Source: Candidatus Limnocylindrales bacterium
GTDB taxonomy: Bacteria > Moduliflexota > Moduliflexia > Moduliflexales > JAUQPW01
Direction of reading: 5' to 3'
Length of the DNA stretch: 64,000 bases
Assembly: GCA_035559535.1 (NCBI GenBank)
Contig: DATMBG010000034.1
Span: 1 to 64,000 of the forward strand
The notes beneath the pieces were generated by a model. That model ran no database searches, was not told the DNA's origin, and worked only from the letters and a program-made list of their open reading frames with translations. Shown piece after piece: positions 19,194 to 29,055 of the stretch. The translations under genes and the position numbers were made by a program. Numbering within the stretch: position 1 is the stretch's first letter; the number at the start of each line of letters is the position of its first letter.

Positions 19194-20228
19194 ATGATCA
19201 AGGTCAGTATTCTGGGTGCTACAGGCTATACAGGTAGTGAGTTACTTCGATTTTTGCTCTTCCATGAGCAGGTCGAGGTCGTTAAGGTGACTTCCCGTAC
19301 AGATATCGGAATTCCCGTGGGCCAGGTGCATCGAAATTTATATAAGCTCACGAACCTGACCTTCACCGAAGAGAACATAGAAGAGATCGTCGAACTTTCC
19401 GATGTGGTTTTCCTGGCCCTTCCTCATGGACAGGCTCTGGAGAAAGTACCTCAGATCTTTCAGGTAGCCAAACAAAAGGACATTAAGGTCCTGGATCTGG
19501 GAGGAGATTTTCGTCTTAAAGATCCCCAGGTTTTTGAGAAATATTACAAACTCAAACATACGGCCCAGGAGTTTTTAAAAAAATCGGTCTATGGCCTGAC
19601 CGAATTTAACCGGGACGAGATACGCAAATCGAATTTAATTGCCTGTCCGGGATGTTTTCCTACCGGAGCGCTGCTGGCCTTACTCCCTCTGGCCAGGGAA
19701 AATCTGCTAACCGGAGACGTCATCATCAACTCGGCCACAGGGTCTTCAGGGTCCGGAGCTACACCCTCCGAAGGAACCCACCATCCCGAGCGGGCCTATG
19801 ATTACAAAGCTTATAACCTTTTCTCCCATCGCCATCAACCTGAAATTCAACAAGAACTGGAGAGATTTAACAAGAATCCTATTGAAGTCACCTTAACGAC
19901 CCATTCCGCTCCTATGGTCCGAGGTATTTTTACCACCGTCTATACCCGCTTGAGCAAGGAGATTTCTGAAGATCAGCTCAGAGATCTTTATAAGGGGTAT
20001 TATGAAAAAGAACCTTTCATCAGACTGGTGGATCAACCTCGTGCCGCTGTGGTTGCCGGGTCCAATTTTTGTGATATCAGCATAGCCAGTCGGGGTCGAA
20101 AGGTCATTATTAATTCGGCCCTTGATAATCTGGTCAAAGGAGGGTCCGGTCAGGCTGTACAAAATATGAACTTAATGTTCGGACTTGACGAAAAGTCGGG
20201 ATTAGGTTTTCCGGGAACACATCCTTAA
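19194..20228 (+). CDS. argC: N-acyl-gamma-glutamyl-phosphate reductase
   Basis: GATGYTG, LALPHG, PGCFPT, HRHQPEI and DNLVKGGSGQAVQNMN motifs. Confidence 0.95.
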   Translation: MIKVSILGATGYTGSELLRFLLFHEQVEVVKVTSRTDIGIPVGQVHRNLYKLTNLTFTEENIEEIVELSDVVFLALPHGQALEKVPQIFQVAKQKDIKVLDLGGDFRLKDPQVFEKYYKLKHTAQEFLKKSVYGLTEFNRDEIRKSNLIACPGCFPTGALLALLPLARENLLTGDVIINSATGSSGSGATPSEGTHHPERAYDYKAYNLFSHRHQPEIQQELERFNKNPIEVTLTTHSAPMVRGIFTTVYTRLSKEISEDQLRDLYKGYYEKEPFIRLVDQPRAAVVAGSNFCDISIASRGRKVIINSALDNLVKGGSGQAVQNMNLMFGLDEKSGLGFPGTHP

Positions 20229-20358
20229 TAGAGACGTAGGGTATAGGGACGCGGAGACGCGGGGACTGTGGGACACGGAGGTAGGGGGACACGTCTTCCA
20301 GTCCCAAAGATGCTGCGCCCCCGCATTCCAGAATCCCTATTTCTCCACGTCGTTGTAA

Positions 20359-21516
20359 ATGAATTTAGCAGAGCTCATCTCCCTGGAGGATAGGTATCAG
20401 TTATTGACGTACAAGAAATTCCCCCTGGATGTAGTCAGGGGAAAAGGGAAGTATGTTTATGACTCAGAAGGCAAGGAGTATCTGGATTTATACGGCGGTC
20501 ATGCCGTTGTTTCTATTGGACATTGCCATCCTAAATTAGTTAAAGCCATTCAAGATCAGGCCGAGAAGCTGATTTTTTACTCTAACGCGGTCTATAGCCC
20601 GATCCGTGCCGAGTTGAGTAAGTTGCTGGTAGAGATAGCCCCTAAAGGAATCGGAGCGGTGTTCTTCAGCAATTCGGGAGCAGAAGCCAATGAAACCGCG
20701 CTTAAGATCGCCAGGAAATTTACAGGTCGGGAAGAGGTTATCTCCCTGGAGAACTCCTTCCATGGACGAACTGTTGGATCGTTGAGTGTGACCGGGGCAA
20801 AAAAATATCGGGATCAGGTAAGGCCTTTATTGGATTGCAAGTTCGTTCCATTTGGAGACCTGGAAAGTGTTCGTAACTCCCTCAGTGAGAAGACTGCGGC
20901 GGTCATGGTAGAAGCCATTCAAAGCCTGGCAGGTGTTTATATGGCCAAACAGAGTTATTATCAAGGACTTCAAAAACTCTGTAAAGAAAAGGGGGCCCTT
21001 TTAATTTTTGATGAGGTTCAGACTATGCCGGGTCGCACAGGAGCCATGTTTGCCTGTAATAACTGGGAGGTTACGCCGGATTTGATCACCACGGCCAAAG
21101 GAATCGCCGGTGGAATTCCGATGGGAGTCACTTTTGTCAAAGAAGAAATTGCAAAGACCATCACCTATGGAGAGCAAGGCTCTACCTTTGGAGGTGGTCA
21201 AATAGCCTGTGCAGCTTCTAAGGCGACTCTGGAAGTTATCCAGGAAGAAAAGCTGGTGGAAAATGCCCGGTCTGTGGGGGAATATGCCCTCAAAATTATT
21301 TCAGAGGTTCCCAGGGTTAAAGAAGTTCGAGGACTGGGCCTGCTCATTGGAGTGGAAACAGATCTTCCTGGTGGAGAAGTCCAGAAGAAACTTTTATCTA
21401 AAGGAATTTTGGTAGGAACTTCCGACCATCCTAAAACGATTCGATTATTGCCGCCCCTTATCATAGAAAGGACAGATATAGATCGGTTTACCCATGAGTT
21501 AAGAAAAATCTTATAA
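20359..21516 (+). CDS. argD: Acylornithine aminotransferase (class III PLP)
   Basis: NSGAEANE, FHGRT, FDEVQT and TAKGIAGG motifs; operon context. Confidence 0.9.
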   Translation: MNLAELISLEDRYQLLTYKKFPLDVVRGKGKYVYDSEGKEYLDLYGGHAVVSIGHCHPKLVKAIQDQAEKLIFYSNAVYSPIRAELSKLLVEIAPKGIGAVFFSNSGAEANETALKIARKFTGREEVISLENSFHGRTVGSLSVTGAKKYRDQVRPLLDCKFVPFGDLESVRNSLSEKTAAVMVEAIQSLAGVYMAKQSYYQGLQKLCKEKGALLIFDEVQTMPGRTGAMFACNNWEVTPDLITTAKGIAGGIPMGVTFVKEEIAKTITYGEQGSTFGGGQIACAASKATLEVIQEEKLVENARSVGEYALKIISEVPRVKEVRGLGLLIGVETDLPGGEVQKKLLSKGILVGTSDHPKTIRLLPPLIIERTDIDRFTHELRKIL

Positions 21517-21579
21517 GATAAGATCTCCAAGGAATGAACCACGCCGGTTGGTTAAAACTTCGGAGGTCTGGAAGGAATA

Positions 21580-22596
21580 ATGACCTACACAAACTTTAAA
21601 GGTAGACATTTTATCAATACTCAAGACTGGACACGCGAGGAATTGGAACAGCTCCTGGAATTGGCTATAGATATGAAGCGACAGCCGTTCCGGAAATCTT
21701 TGGTCAATAAATCGCTCCTGCTGCTTTTCTTTAATCCCTCTCTCCGGACCCGAACTTCGTTCCAATTAGGTATGCATCAACTGGGAGGAACGACCGTGGT
21801 TCTCAACATGGGATTAGAGGTTTGGAATCTGGAGGTTGAAGAGGGGGTGGTTATGGATGGAAAAGCCGCGGAACATATCAAGGAAGCTGCGCGGGTCTTT
21901 TCCAGATATGGGGATATGATCGGGGTCCGAAAATTTCCGGATCTTGTGGATTGGAAAAAGGAAAAACAAGATGCCGTTATTCAGGCTTTTGTCAAATGGG
22001 GAAGTGTTCCCGTTATCAACATGGAATCCCACCTCTACCATCCCTGTCAGGCTATGGCGGATATGTTAACAATTCAGGAACACCTGGGAGGATTTAAAGG
22101 ACGAAAGTTTCTTCTGACCTGGGCCTATCATCCCAAACCTCTTCCGACCAGTGTTCCCAATTCAGCCCTGCTGGCTGCAAGTAAAATGGGAATGGATGTT
22201 GTCCTGGCCCATCCCAAGGGATATGACCTGGATGAAGATATTTTAAAAGCGGTTCGAGAAAATGCCGCCCTGAATCAAAGCTCATTTCAGATCGTTCATA
22301 CTATGGAAGAAGGCTTCCAAAACGCCGATATTGTTTATGCCAAAAGTTGGGGGGCTCCAGCTTTTTATGGGAATTGGGACGAAGAAGCCAAACTCCGAGC
22401 CGAGTTGAAGGACTGGCGGGTTACCCAGAAAAGAATGCAGCTTACCCGGAATGGTAAGTTTATGCATTGTCTTCCGGTTCGAAGAAATGTAGTGGTAGAC
22501 GATGAGGTTATCGATGGACCCAACTCTATCGTCTACGATGAAGCCGAAAACCGACTCCATGTACAAAAAGCAATATTAGAGGCGATATTAAGTTAG
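21580..22596 (+). CDS. argF': N-acylornithine carbamoyltransferase (AOTCase/SOTCase family, succinyl-type residues)
   Basis: FFNPSLRTR, MDGKAAEH, HPCQ, WAYHPKPLP and HCLPVRRNVV motifs. Confidence 0.9.
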   Translation: MTYTNFKGRHFINTQDWTREELEQLLELAIDMKRQPFRKSLVNKSLLLLFFNPSLRTRTSFQLGMHQLGGTTVVLNMGLEVWNLEVEEGVVMDGKAAEHIKEAARVFSRYGDMIGVRKFPDLVDWKKEKQDAVIQAFVKWGSVPVINMESHLYHPCQAMADMLTIQEHLGGFKGRKFLLTWAYHPKPLPTSVPNSALLAASKMGMDVVLAHPKGYDLDEDILKAVRENAALNQSSFQIVHTMEEGFQNADIVYAKSWGAPAFYGNWDEEAKLRAELKDWRVTQKRMQLTRNGKFMHCLPVRRNVVVDDEVIDGPNSIVYDEAENRLHVQKAILEAILS

Positions 22597-22662
22597 ACGA
22601 AAGGGACGAGGCAAAAGGAGAACATCTTTGTCCCTTTTCCCTTTCGCCTTTTACCTTTGTAA

Positions 22663-23586
22663 ATGAAAGACGTATCTATTTTAAGGACGGCGCTCCCTTA
22701 TATCCAACGATTTAGAGATAATATTTTTGTCATTAAGCTGGGAGGAAATGTAATTATCGATGTTAAAAATCTAGATCTGGTCACAGAGGAAATTACTCTA
22801 CTCCATCTGGTAGGAATTCATATTGTTGTGGTTCATGGCGGGGGAAAACAGGCCGATGAACTTCTGGAAAAACTCCATCATACTTCGAGGAAAATAAACG
22901 GACGCCGGGTCACCGATGATGATACGTTGGAAGTAGCCAAGATGGTTTATTCGGGTAAGATCAGTACCGAAATTGTCTCCGCTCTGAGGCGGCATGGAGC
23001 CAAAGGCGTAGGCCTTACCGGAATTGACGGGGGACTGATTCAGGCCAGAAGGAGACCCCCTGTAAAGGTTTTTAATAAAGAAACCGGTCAGGAAGAAATG
23101 GTAGATTACGGACATGTGGGCGACATTGAAAAAGTAAACCCGGATCTCCTTTTAACCCTGGTTAATGCCCGTTATATACCGGTTGTGGCGTCATTGGGAG
23201 CCGATGAAAAAGGGAATGTTTTAAATATCAATGCCGATGTCATTGCAGGGGAGATTGCCAAAAGCTTAAAAGCCGACAAATTGATCAGCATGAGCAATGT
23301 ACGCGGGGTTCTTCGAGATATAAATGATCCGGATTCCTGTATCTCTTCCTTAAGTGTCCGAGAAGCTCAAGAACTCATTCAGAAAGGGATTATTGCCTCA
23401 GGTATGCTCCCTAAAATCCAATCCTGCATCGCAGCGGTGGAAGGTGGAGTACGGCGTGCCCACATTATCGATGGGACCAAGCGCGACTCGCTCCTTAAAG
23501 AAATTTTCAGGCCAGAAGGCGAAGGCACCATGATTGTAACCGATTCAGATAAGGAAAAATATTTAATGGAAGAATTCAAAGGATAG
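22663..23586 (+). CDS. argB: Acylglutamate kinase
   Basis: VIKLGG, VHGGG, GRRVTD, NINAD and GMLPK motifs. Confidence 0.93.
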   Translation: MKDVSILRTALPYIQRFRDNIFVIKLGGNVIIDVKNLDLVTEEITLLHLVGIHIVVVHGGGKQADELLEKLHHTSRKINGRRVTDDDTLEVAKMVYSGKISTEIVSALRRHGAKGVGLTGIDGGLIQARRRPPVKVFNKETGQEEMVDYGHVGDIEKVNPDLLLTLVNARYIPVVASLGADEKGNVLNINADVIAGEIAKSLKADKLISMSNVRGVLRDINDPDSCISSLSVREAQELIQKGIIASGMLPKIQSCIAAVEGGVRRAHIIDGTKRDSLLKEIFRPEGEGTMIVTDSDKEKYLMEEFKG

Positions 23587-23661
23587 TGAGCGATAGGTCG
23601 TGGGCCGTGGATAGTTAAACCCACTTTCTGCTCACGGCCCACGATCTATCACCCACTGCTT

Positions 23662-24396
23662 ATGCCTCCACTTATAGGTATTACCTGTTCAACCACGATC
23701 GGATCTTCCTGGAGTGTAAATTCTTTAGGACGTCTTCAGGACGCCGTTTATCGGAACTATAGTCAGGCCATCGAGTTTTGCGGAGGGGCCCCGATTCTCA
23801 TCCCTGTCATCAAAAAAACAACGGCCTTAGAAAGTATCTTATCGAAGCTGGATGGATTGATCTTATCGGGGGGCAACGATATACATCCTCGGTTTTATGG
23901 AGAAGAACCCCTACTCAAATTAGAGGCCATCGACGCAGAAAGAGATGTGATAGAAATCGAGCTAACCCGATTAGCTTTGGAAATGGATATTCCCATTCTG
24001 GGAATTTGTAGAGGGATCCAGGTCTTGAATGTGGCAGGTGGGGGAACCCTTTATCAAGATCTCGTTTCTCAAAAACCGAATTGTTTGAAGCATCGTCAAG
24101 AAGCCGATATGCAGGTTCAAACCCACCGAATTCGCCTGGACCGGGATAGTCTACTTTATCAGATTTTTAAGAAAGACGAAGTCTGGGTCAATAGTCGACA
24201 TCATCAGGCGGTTAAAGATATAGCCCCCGGTTATCGGATTGCAGCGGTTGCCAGTGACGGAGTTATCGAGGGAATTGAAGATCTTTCCCGTAAGTTCGTA
24301 GTGGGAGTCCAATGGCATCCGGAGGGAACATGGGAAGTAGATGAAGATTCTCAGAATCTGTTTCGTGCATTTGTGGAAGCGGCTATACGGGCTTAA
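23662..24396 (+). CDS. Gamma-glutamyl-gamma-aminobutyrate hydrolase family (peptidase C26)
   Basis: LSGG.DI.P..YG, GICRG.Q, NSRHHQ and GVQWHPE motifs. Confidence 0.9.
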   Translation: MPPLIGITCSTTIGSSWSVNSLGRLQDAVYRNYSQAIEFCGGAPILIPVIKKTTALESILSKLDGLILSGGNDIHPRFYGEEPLLKLEAIDAERDVIEIELTRLALEMDIPILGICRGIQVLNVAGGGTLYQDLVSQKPNCLKHRQEADMQVQTHRIRLDRDSLLYQIFKKDEVWVNSRHHQAVKDIAPGYRIAAVASDGVIEGIEDLSRKFVVGVQWHPEGTWEVDEDSQNLFRAFVEAAIRA

Positions 24397-24399
24397 ATC

Positions 24400-24714
24400 C
24401 CTCCAAGGGTTCGATTCTACCCTTTAAAGGTTTTGATGCGTTATTTTCCTCAAATTCCCCAACGACTTCCAGATTCCCTGCAATACCATAATTTACTACT
24501 AATTGAGGCCTGATAAGGGTATTTTCCCCTCTGTACGTTCTAGATTGAGATATCCCAGCTCAATCTCCATCTCTTTAGGATCGACTCCAGCGGCATCGGT
24601 CGAGATGAAAGGTCGATACCCCCAGGCAGCGACGGGAAGGAACAGTATGAACAGGAGAGGTAAAGTTCCTTCCCCGAAGAAGACGCCTATCATCCGAACT
24701 CCTTTCCTGTTCAA
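24400..24714 (-). pseudogene. Frameshifted, truncated exported/outer-membrane protein remnant
   Basis: Signal peptide plus YRPFISTDAA..E.ELG; a shift near 24520 continues as TLIRPQLVVNYGIAGNLEVVGEF and then breaks off. Confidence 0.6.
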
Positions 24715-24728
24715 GCTCCCTCCTTATT

Positions 24729-25667
24729 TTACCCTCCAAATTCTTTTTGGGTACTGAGTGCGGCTTTTATCCCTTTTGCGAGGTCACTGGTTGAGCCAAC
24801 ACCCCAGTAATGAAGGAATACCGTGCGAGGGGATTCCATAATCATGTGGTTATGGAGAGCAACAATGTTAATCTTAGCACTACGAAGCGCCTTGAGCACA
24901 GGTTGAACCTCATTCTCAAGCATAACAAAATCACCGTCCACCACAGCTTTATCATCGCTTCCAACAAAGGCAGCCCAGGTGTTCACTCCCATTTCATTTC
25001 CGATTTCGTAGCCCTCCATCTTTGTGGTTCGACCAACAGTGATTTTATAAACTCCCTGGTTCATCTCGCCTTTCATACCGAGGATATCTTCAATTTTTTT
25101 GGGATCCAGCGTGGTATTGACAGAATCCAGATTAGCTTTAGGCATCTCACTTTTACCGCCGCTGGTCTCATTAATTTTGGCAAACACTTTTCCAACTGCC
25201 GTTGCGAGTTTCTCCTCATCGCCCATTCCACCGATATGCAAGAACATGACTTTTGGGGAATCCCAGAAGAAGTGGTTGTGTAGAGCAGTAACCTCCAGAC
25301 CATTGCTTAAGGCAACATCTATAACTGCATTAACCTGGTCTTCAAGCACAACATTATCGCCCATAACCATGGTACGGTCACCGACTTTTTTAAACGCTGC
25401 CCAGGAAGTAAGGCCCATAGGCGGGGTTATTTTTACACCTGCTGCGGTGACTTGGAGATCAGTGCGCGGAAGGCTAACTTTAAATACGCCTTCCTTTTCG
25501 TTGAGTTTTCCCTTTGCACCTGTGAGTTTCTCGATTTTAGCGGTATCGAGCTTTTCTTCTGCCAGGCCTGGTGTAACGGTCCAGGAAAGTGCCAGGAATG
25601 AAAAGGCAAAGACCACCCCCACCAGGGAGATATACACGCTTTGTATGTTTACACATCTTATCTTCAT
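24729..25667 (-). CDS. Exported protein with tandem DUF1259 (LppY/LpqO-like) domains
   Basis: Two repeats of WAAF...GD...ALHNH...FLH. Confidence 0.85.
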   Translation of the reverse strand: MKIRCVNIQSVYISLVGVVFAFSFLALSWTVTPGLAEEKLDTAKIEKLTGAKGKLNEKEGVFKVSLPRTDLQVTAAGVKITPPMGLTSWAAFKKVGDRTMVMGDNVVLEDQVNAVIDVALSNGLEVTALHNHFFWDSPKVMFLHIGGMGDEEKLATAVGKVFAKINETSGGKSEMPKANLDSVNTTLDPKKIEDILGMKGEMNQGVYKITVGRTTKMEGYEIGNEMGVNTWAAFVGSDDKAVVDGDFVMLENEVQPVLKALRSAKINIVALHNHMIMESPRTVFLHYWGVGSTSDLAKGIKAALSTQKEFGG

Positions 25668-25754
25668 AGGTTAAATTCCTTTCATTCCAGTGTTCACTAG
25701 AAAGCCTGAAACAGGCTTCTCCGGAAGATAGGTCTTTACATCGAGAAGAGCCTT

Positions 25755-26381
25755 TTATTTCTTGGTTGCCAGGGCATTACCTGTCATAAGGTCGTATCTC
25801 AATTCAACCACTTTATCCTGGGCGGCCACAAGCACTACGAACTGAGGCTTATGATTTTCAACAACAGGAGTAATGGAGAATACGATCCCTTGCTGATCCT
25901 TCGACGCCTTATGGAGAATATCAAGGAGTGAGTGTGGTGAGATAGCCATCAGGGTGAGTTGCTGGGCTGAACGCTTTAGATGTTCTGGGTCTTTGAAAAC
26001 TTCGACCTCGGGGTTCCACTTCTCCTCTTCCGGGCTTCCCGCGAGCTCCTTGAGGACATTGTGCTCAGCATCGGTGCCGAGTCCTTTCTCTGCAGTATAG
26101 ACTGAAAGTGAAAGCTTTTTATTGTCATCAAGCTCAAATTTTGCTGAGATGGGAGTTTCTGGAGTCTTAGTTGCTTGCTGAATACCCTCGGTAAGCGTAA
26201 TCTTGCTATGAGGAAGAACCTTGAGAAGCGGTCCATATTCCTCTTTTTCATATTCTCCAGCTTTTAAAGGCTGTAATCCCCAAATTCCCAATACCAGAAA
26301 GGTCGAGATAACTCCAATTGAAAAAACATTCAAAATACCCTTCTTTACTTGCATACTACATCTCCTTTTGTTAAGCCCCAA
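25755..26381 (-). CDS. Hypothetical exported protein (PepSY-like features; start possibly 26354)
   Basis: Signal-like N-terminus; PISAKFE..LSLSVYT; operon with the TCS and DUF1259 genes. Confidence 0.65.
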   Translation of the reverse strand: MGLNKRRCSMQVKKGILNVFSIGVISTFLVLGIWGLQPLKAGEYEKEEYGPLLKVLPHSKITLTEGIQQATKTPETPISAKFELDDNKKLSLSVYTAEKGLGTDAEHNVLKELAGSPEEEKWNPEVEVFKDPEHLKRSAQQLTLMAISPHSLLDILHKASKDQQGIVFSITPVVENHKPQFVVLVAAQDKVVELRYDLMTGNALATKK

Positions 26382-26431
26382 CCGTCCTCAACATCACCTC
26401 AACGCCCTGTGCGCCGGGAATGTACCCGAAT

Positions 26432-27868
26432 TTAATCAACGGGTAACGGCTGGGAACTCTGGTTATTCTCCAAGTCCGGGAGCACGATCCGGAAGGTGCT
26501 CCCTCTGCCCTCCTCACTCTCTAACTCGATGCGACCGCTATGTGCTTCAATAGCCCATCGAGCAATAGAGAGTCCGAGACCGGTTCCTCCCAGCTCCCGT
26601 GAGCGGGCTTTATCTATCCGGTAAAACCGATCAAAGATGCGCTCACGGTGTTCAGGGGCAATCCCGGGACCCCTATCGATCACCTCCAGAACAGAACCTT
26701 CCAGGCGCTTCTGAACTACAATTCGGATGCAGGTACCCTCCGGGCTATACTTGATAGCATTATCGACTAAGTTAATAATAGCCTGACGGAGTACCATGCG
26801 ATCCCCCCATATATAAACGGGTCCTGTGGCTTCGATGGAGATAGATTGTTGCTTTTCCTCGGCAAGTACTCCCAACTGGTTTACTACCTCCCGGGCTAAC
26901 TCTACCAGATCTACCCGCTCAGGAGTTAGTTTCACGTGTCCGGCATCGGCTCGGGAGAGCATCAAGAGGTTATCCACCAACCGGTTCAGGCGATCCACTT
27001 CCTCCAACATGCTCCCGATCACCTCACGATAGGCCTTCGCATCCCGGGGCTCACGCAAGCCTACTTCGCCAACACTCCGAATGGCCGTAAGGGGGGTTCG
27101 AAGCTCATGGGACGCATCCGCCGTGAAGCGACGCATCTGCTCGAAAGATCGCTCCAAACGGGCAAAGGTCTCATTAAAGACCCTGGCCAGATGTCCCAGC
27201 TCGTCCTCAGGATTTTCAACCGGGAGTCGCTCTCTGAGCCTTTCTGCTGTGATCTTTCTTGCTTGCTCGGTCATTCGACTCACCGGCTCCAAGGCATGGC
27301 GTGCCAGGGTGTAGCCCCCTAATCCCGCGGTTCCGATTGCTAAGGGAAGACCCAAAACCAGTACCAATAGGAATTTCTTCAGCTCCTGGCGAAGCGGTTC
27401 TTCAGACCTTGCTACCCGAATTACCACAGGAAGCCCGTTGAGGAGGTAGGAACCGCTTAAAAACCGAACATGGAGATTCTGGGGTAATTTAATGGATCTG
27501 ACTACAAAGTGACCTTGCAGCTCGAAAGCGGATATAGGTCCTGGTTCTTCTTCCCTGGAGGAAGGACTACGGTAAAGAAGCTTACCTTCCGGGCTCCAAA
27601 CTTCAAACCATTGATTATTATCAGGATATTCGTTTTCTTCATGGTGGGAATCGGTATGCCAACGTACTCCTCCTTCTCCCGTCCGTTCCAGCATCTGCTC
27701 GGCAACTTCAAAGTCTTCGCGAAGCTGACGATCCAGTTCAGCAAAGAGATTGTATCGCAGAAATAGAAATACCCCTCCTGCATAAAAGACAAGTAGGACG
27801 GTGAGCGCCAGCGTATACCACAGTGTAAGCCGCCCTCGAATACTGTGAAGATACCAGTACCTCTTCAT
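26432..27868 (-). CDS. Heavy-metal-type sensor histidine kinase (HAMP-HisKA-HATPase)
   Basis: Two TMs; ASHELRTPL, NLVDNAIKY, D.GPGI and GTGLGL motifs. Confidence 0.93.
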   Translation of the reverse strand: MKRYWYLHSIRGRLTLWYTLALTVLLVFYAGGVFLFLRYNLFAELDRQLREDFEVAEQMLERTGEGGVRWHTDSHHEENEYPDNNQWFEVWSPEGKLLYRSPSSREEEPGPISAFELQGHFVVRSIKLPQNLHVRFLSGSYLLNGLPVVIRVARSEEPLRQELKKFLLVLVLGLPLAIGTAGLGGYTLARHALEPVSRMTEQARKITAERLRERLPVENPEDELGHLARVFNETFARLERSFEQMRRFTADASHELRTPLTAIRSVGEVGLREPRDAKAYREVIGSMLEEVDRLNRLVDNLLMLSRADAGHVKLTPERVDLVELAREVVNQLGVLAEEKQQSISIEATGPVYIWGDRMVLRQAIINLVDNAIKYSPEGTCIRIVVQKRLEGSVLEVIDRGPGIAPEHRERIFDRFYRIDKARSRELGGTGLGLSIARWAIEAHSGRIELESEEGRGSTFRIVLPDLENNQSSQPLPVD

Positions 27869-28548
27869 GGTTCGCCCTCCCGCAGGATAAAGCCAACCCC
27901 TCGCACGGTGTGGATGAGTTTGGTTGCAAAGTCCTGATCCACTTTCTTCCTCAAGCGCGCAATATGAACATCGATGACATTATCCAGGGGCGTGGCTCGG
28001 GATGGCTCCTTCCACACATCTCGGGTGAGCATTTCCCGAGACACCAGTTGGTTCTGGTGGCGGAGCAGGTACTCGAGGAGTTCAAATTCCCGCGCAGTCA
28101 AATTCAAGACCTGACGACCACGAGTGACTTTTCGCGTTACCAGGTCCATCTCTAAGTCCCCTGCCTTAAGGCGAAGCACCTGGTCTGGCCGACCTCTACG
28201 TAAAAGCGCCCGAATGCGGGCAAGGAGCTCGGGAAATGCAAAGGGCTTTATCAGGTAGTCATCAGCCCCGCTGTCAAGACCGAGTACCCGATCTTCGATA
28301 GCATCCTTTGCGGTTAGAATCAGAACCGGCGTCTGAAGCCCTCGTCTTCTCAATGTAGTAAGCACTTCGATCCCGTCTCGGCCTGGAAGCATCAGATCCA
28401 GCACTACCAGATCAAAAACCTCTGCATGGACATAAAAAAACCCCTCTTCCCCAGTTTTTGCGATGACGACTTCGTAGTGCTCGGCCTCAAGTCCTTCTTT
28501 CAAGGCTCGGGCTACTTTAGTTTCGTCCTCGACAACAAGGATACGCAT
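27865..28548 (-). CDS. OmpR-family response regulator (CusR/CzcR-like)
   Basis: MRILVVEDE, LDLMLP, GADDYLIKPF and HTVRGVGF motifs. Confidence 0.95.
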   Translation of the reverse strand: MRILVVEDETKVARALKEGLEAEHYEVVIAKTGEEGFFYVHAEVFDLVVLDLMLPGRDGIEVLTTLRRRGLQTPVLILTAKDAIEDRVLGLDSGADDYLIKPFAFPELLARIRALLRRGRPDQVLRLKAGDLEMDLVTRKVTRGRQVLNLTAREFELLEYLLRHQNQLVSREMLTRDVWKEPSRATPLDNVIDVHIARLRKKVDQDFATKLIHTVRGVGFILREGEP

Positions 28549-28605
28549 AGATTTTACTCTTCCGTAGGAGCAATCTGTTTGTAGCAACGATCCTACCTGA
28601 TACTA

Positions 28606-28724
28606 AGCCCGGTAGGGGTGACCTGTGAAATTCTGGCATCGTTTTTATCCACAGGTCGCTCCTATGGGCCTAAAAGACCTCGGGGGTAACCCTATGGCTA
28701 CAAACAGGTCGCCCCGCTGGGGCT
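28606..28724. repeat. REP-like palindromic repeat (GCCCCG.TGGGGC / ACAGGTCGC family)
   Basis: AGCCCGGTAGGGGTGACCTGT...ACAGGTCGC...ACAGGTCGCCCCGCTGGGGCT; related copy near 57160-57236. Confidence 0.65.
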
Positions 28725-29055
28725 TTTTGGGTAATTTAGCTTTGTCGAGGTAATTACCTTAAGAATTTAAGAATAAGGTAAGGTAGGCTGTCAGGTTTTC
28801 CTACTGAAGTTTTTCTGACATTCGTGTAAGGATTTAAGGGAGAACTTAGAGCGGTATGAAAATACTTCACCCTCCGTTCAACTATAACAGGTCAAGGAAA
28901 TCCTATAAGAAATAAAATGAGGTAATATCCGAAGCTGAGTGTGGATAATAGAAAAGGGTAGGAATTTTCCTACTATCGGAATTTGTTTGCTTCGGCCTAA
29001 CGTAGATACTCATGTTCAGCTACCACAGCCACAACTCTTGTACTTTCGCTCCAAT

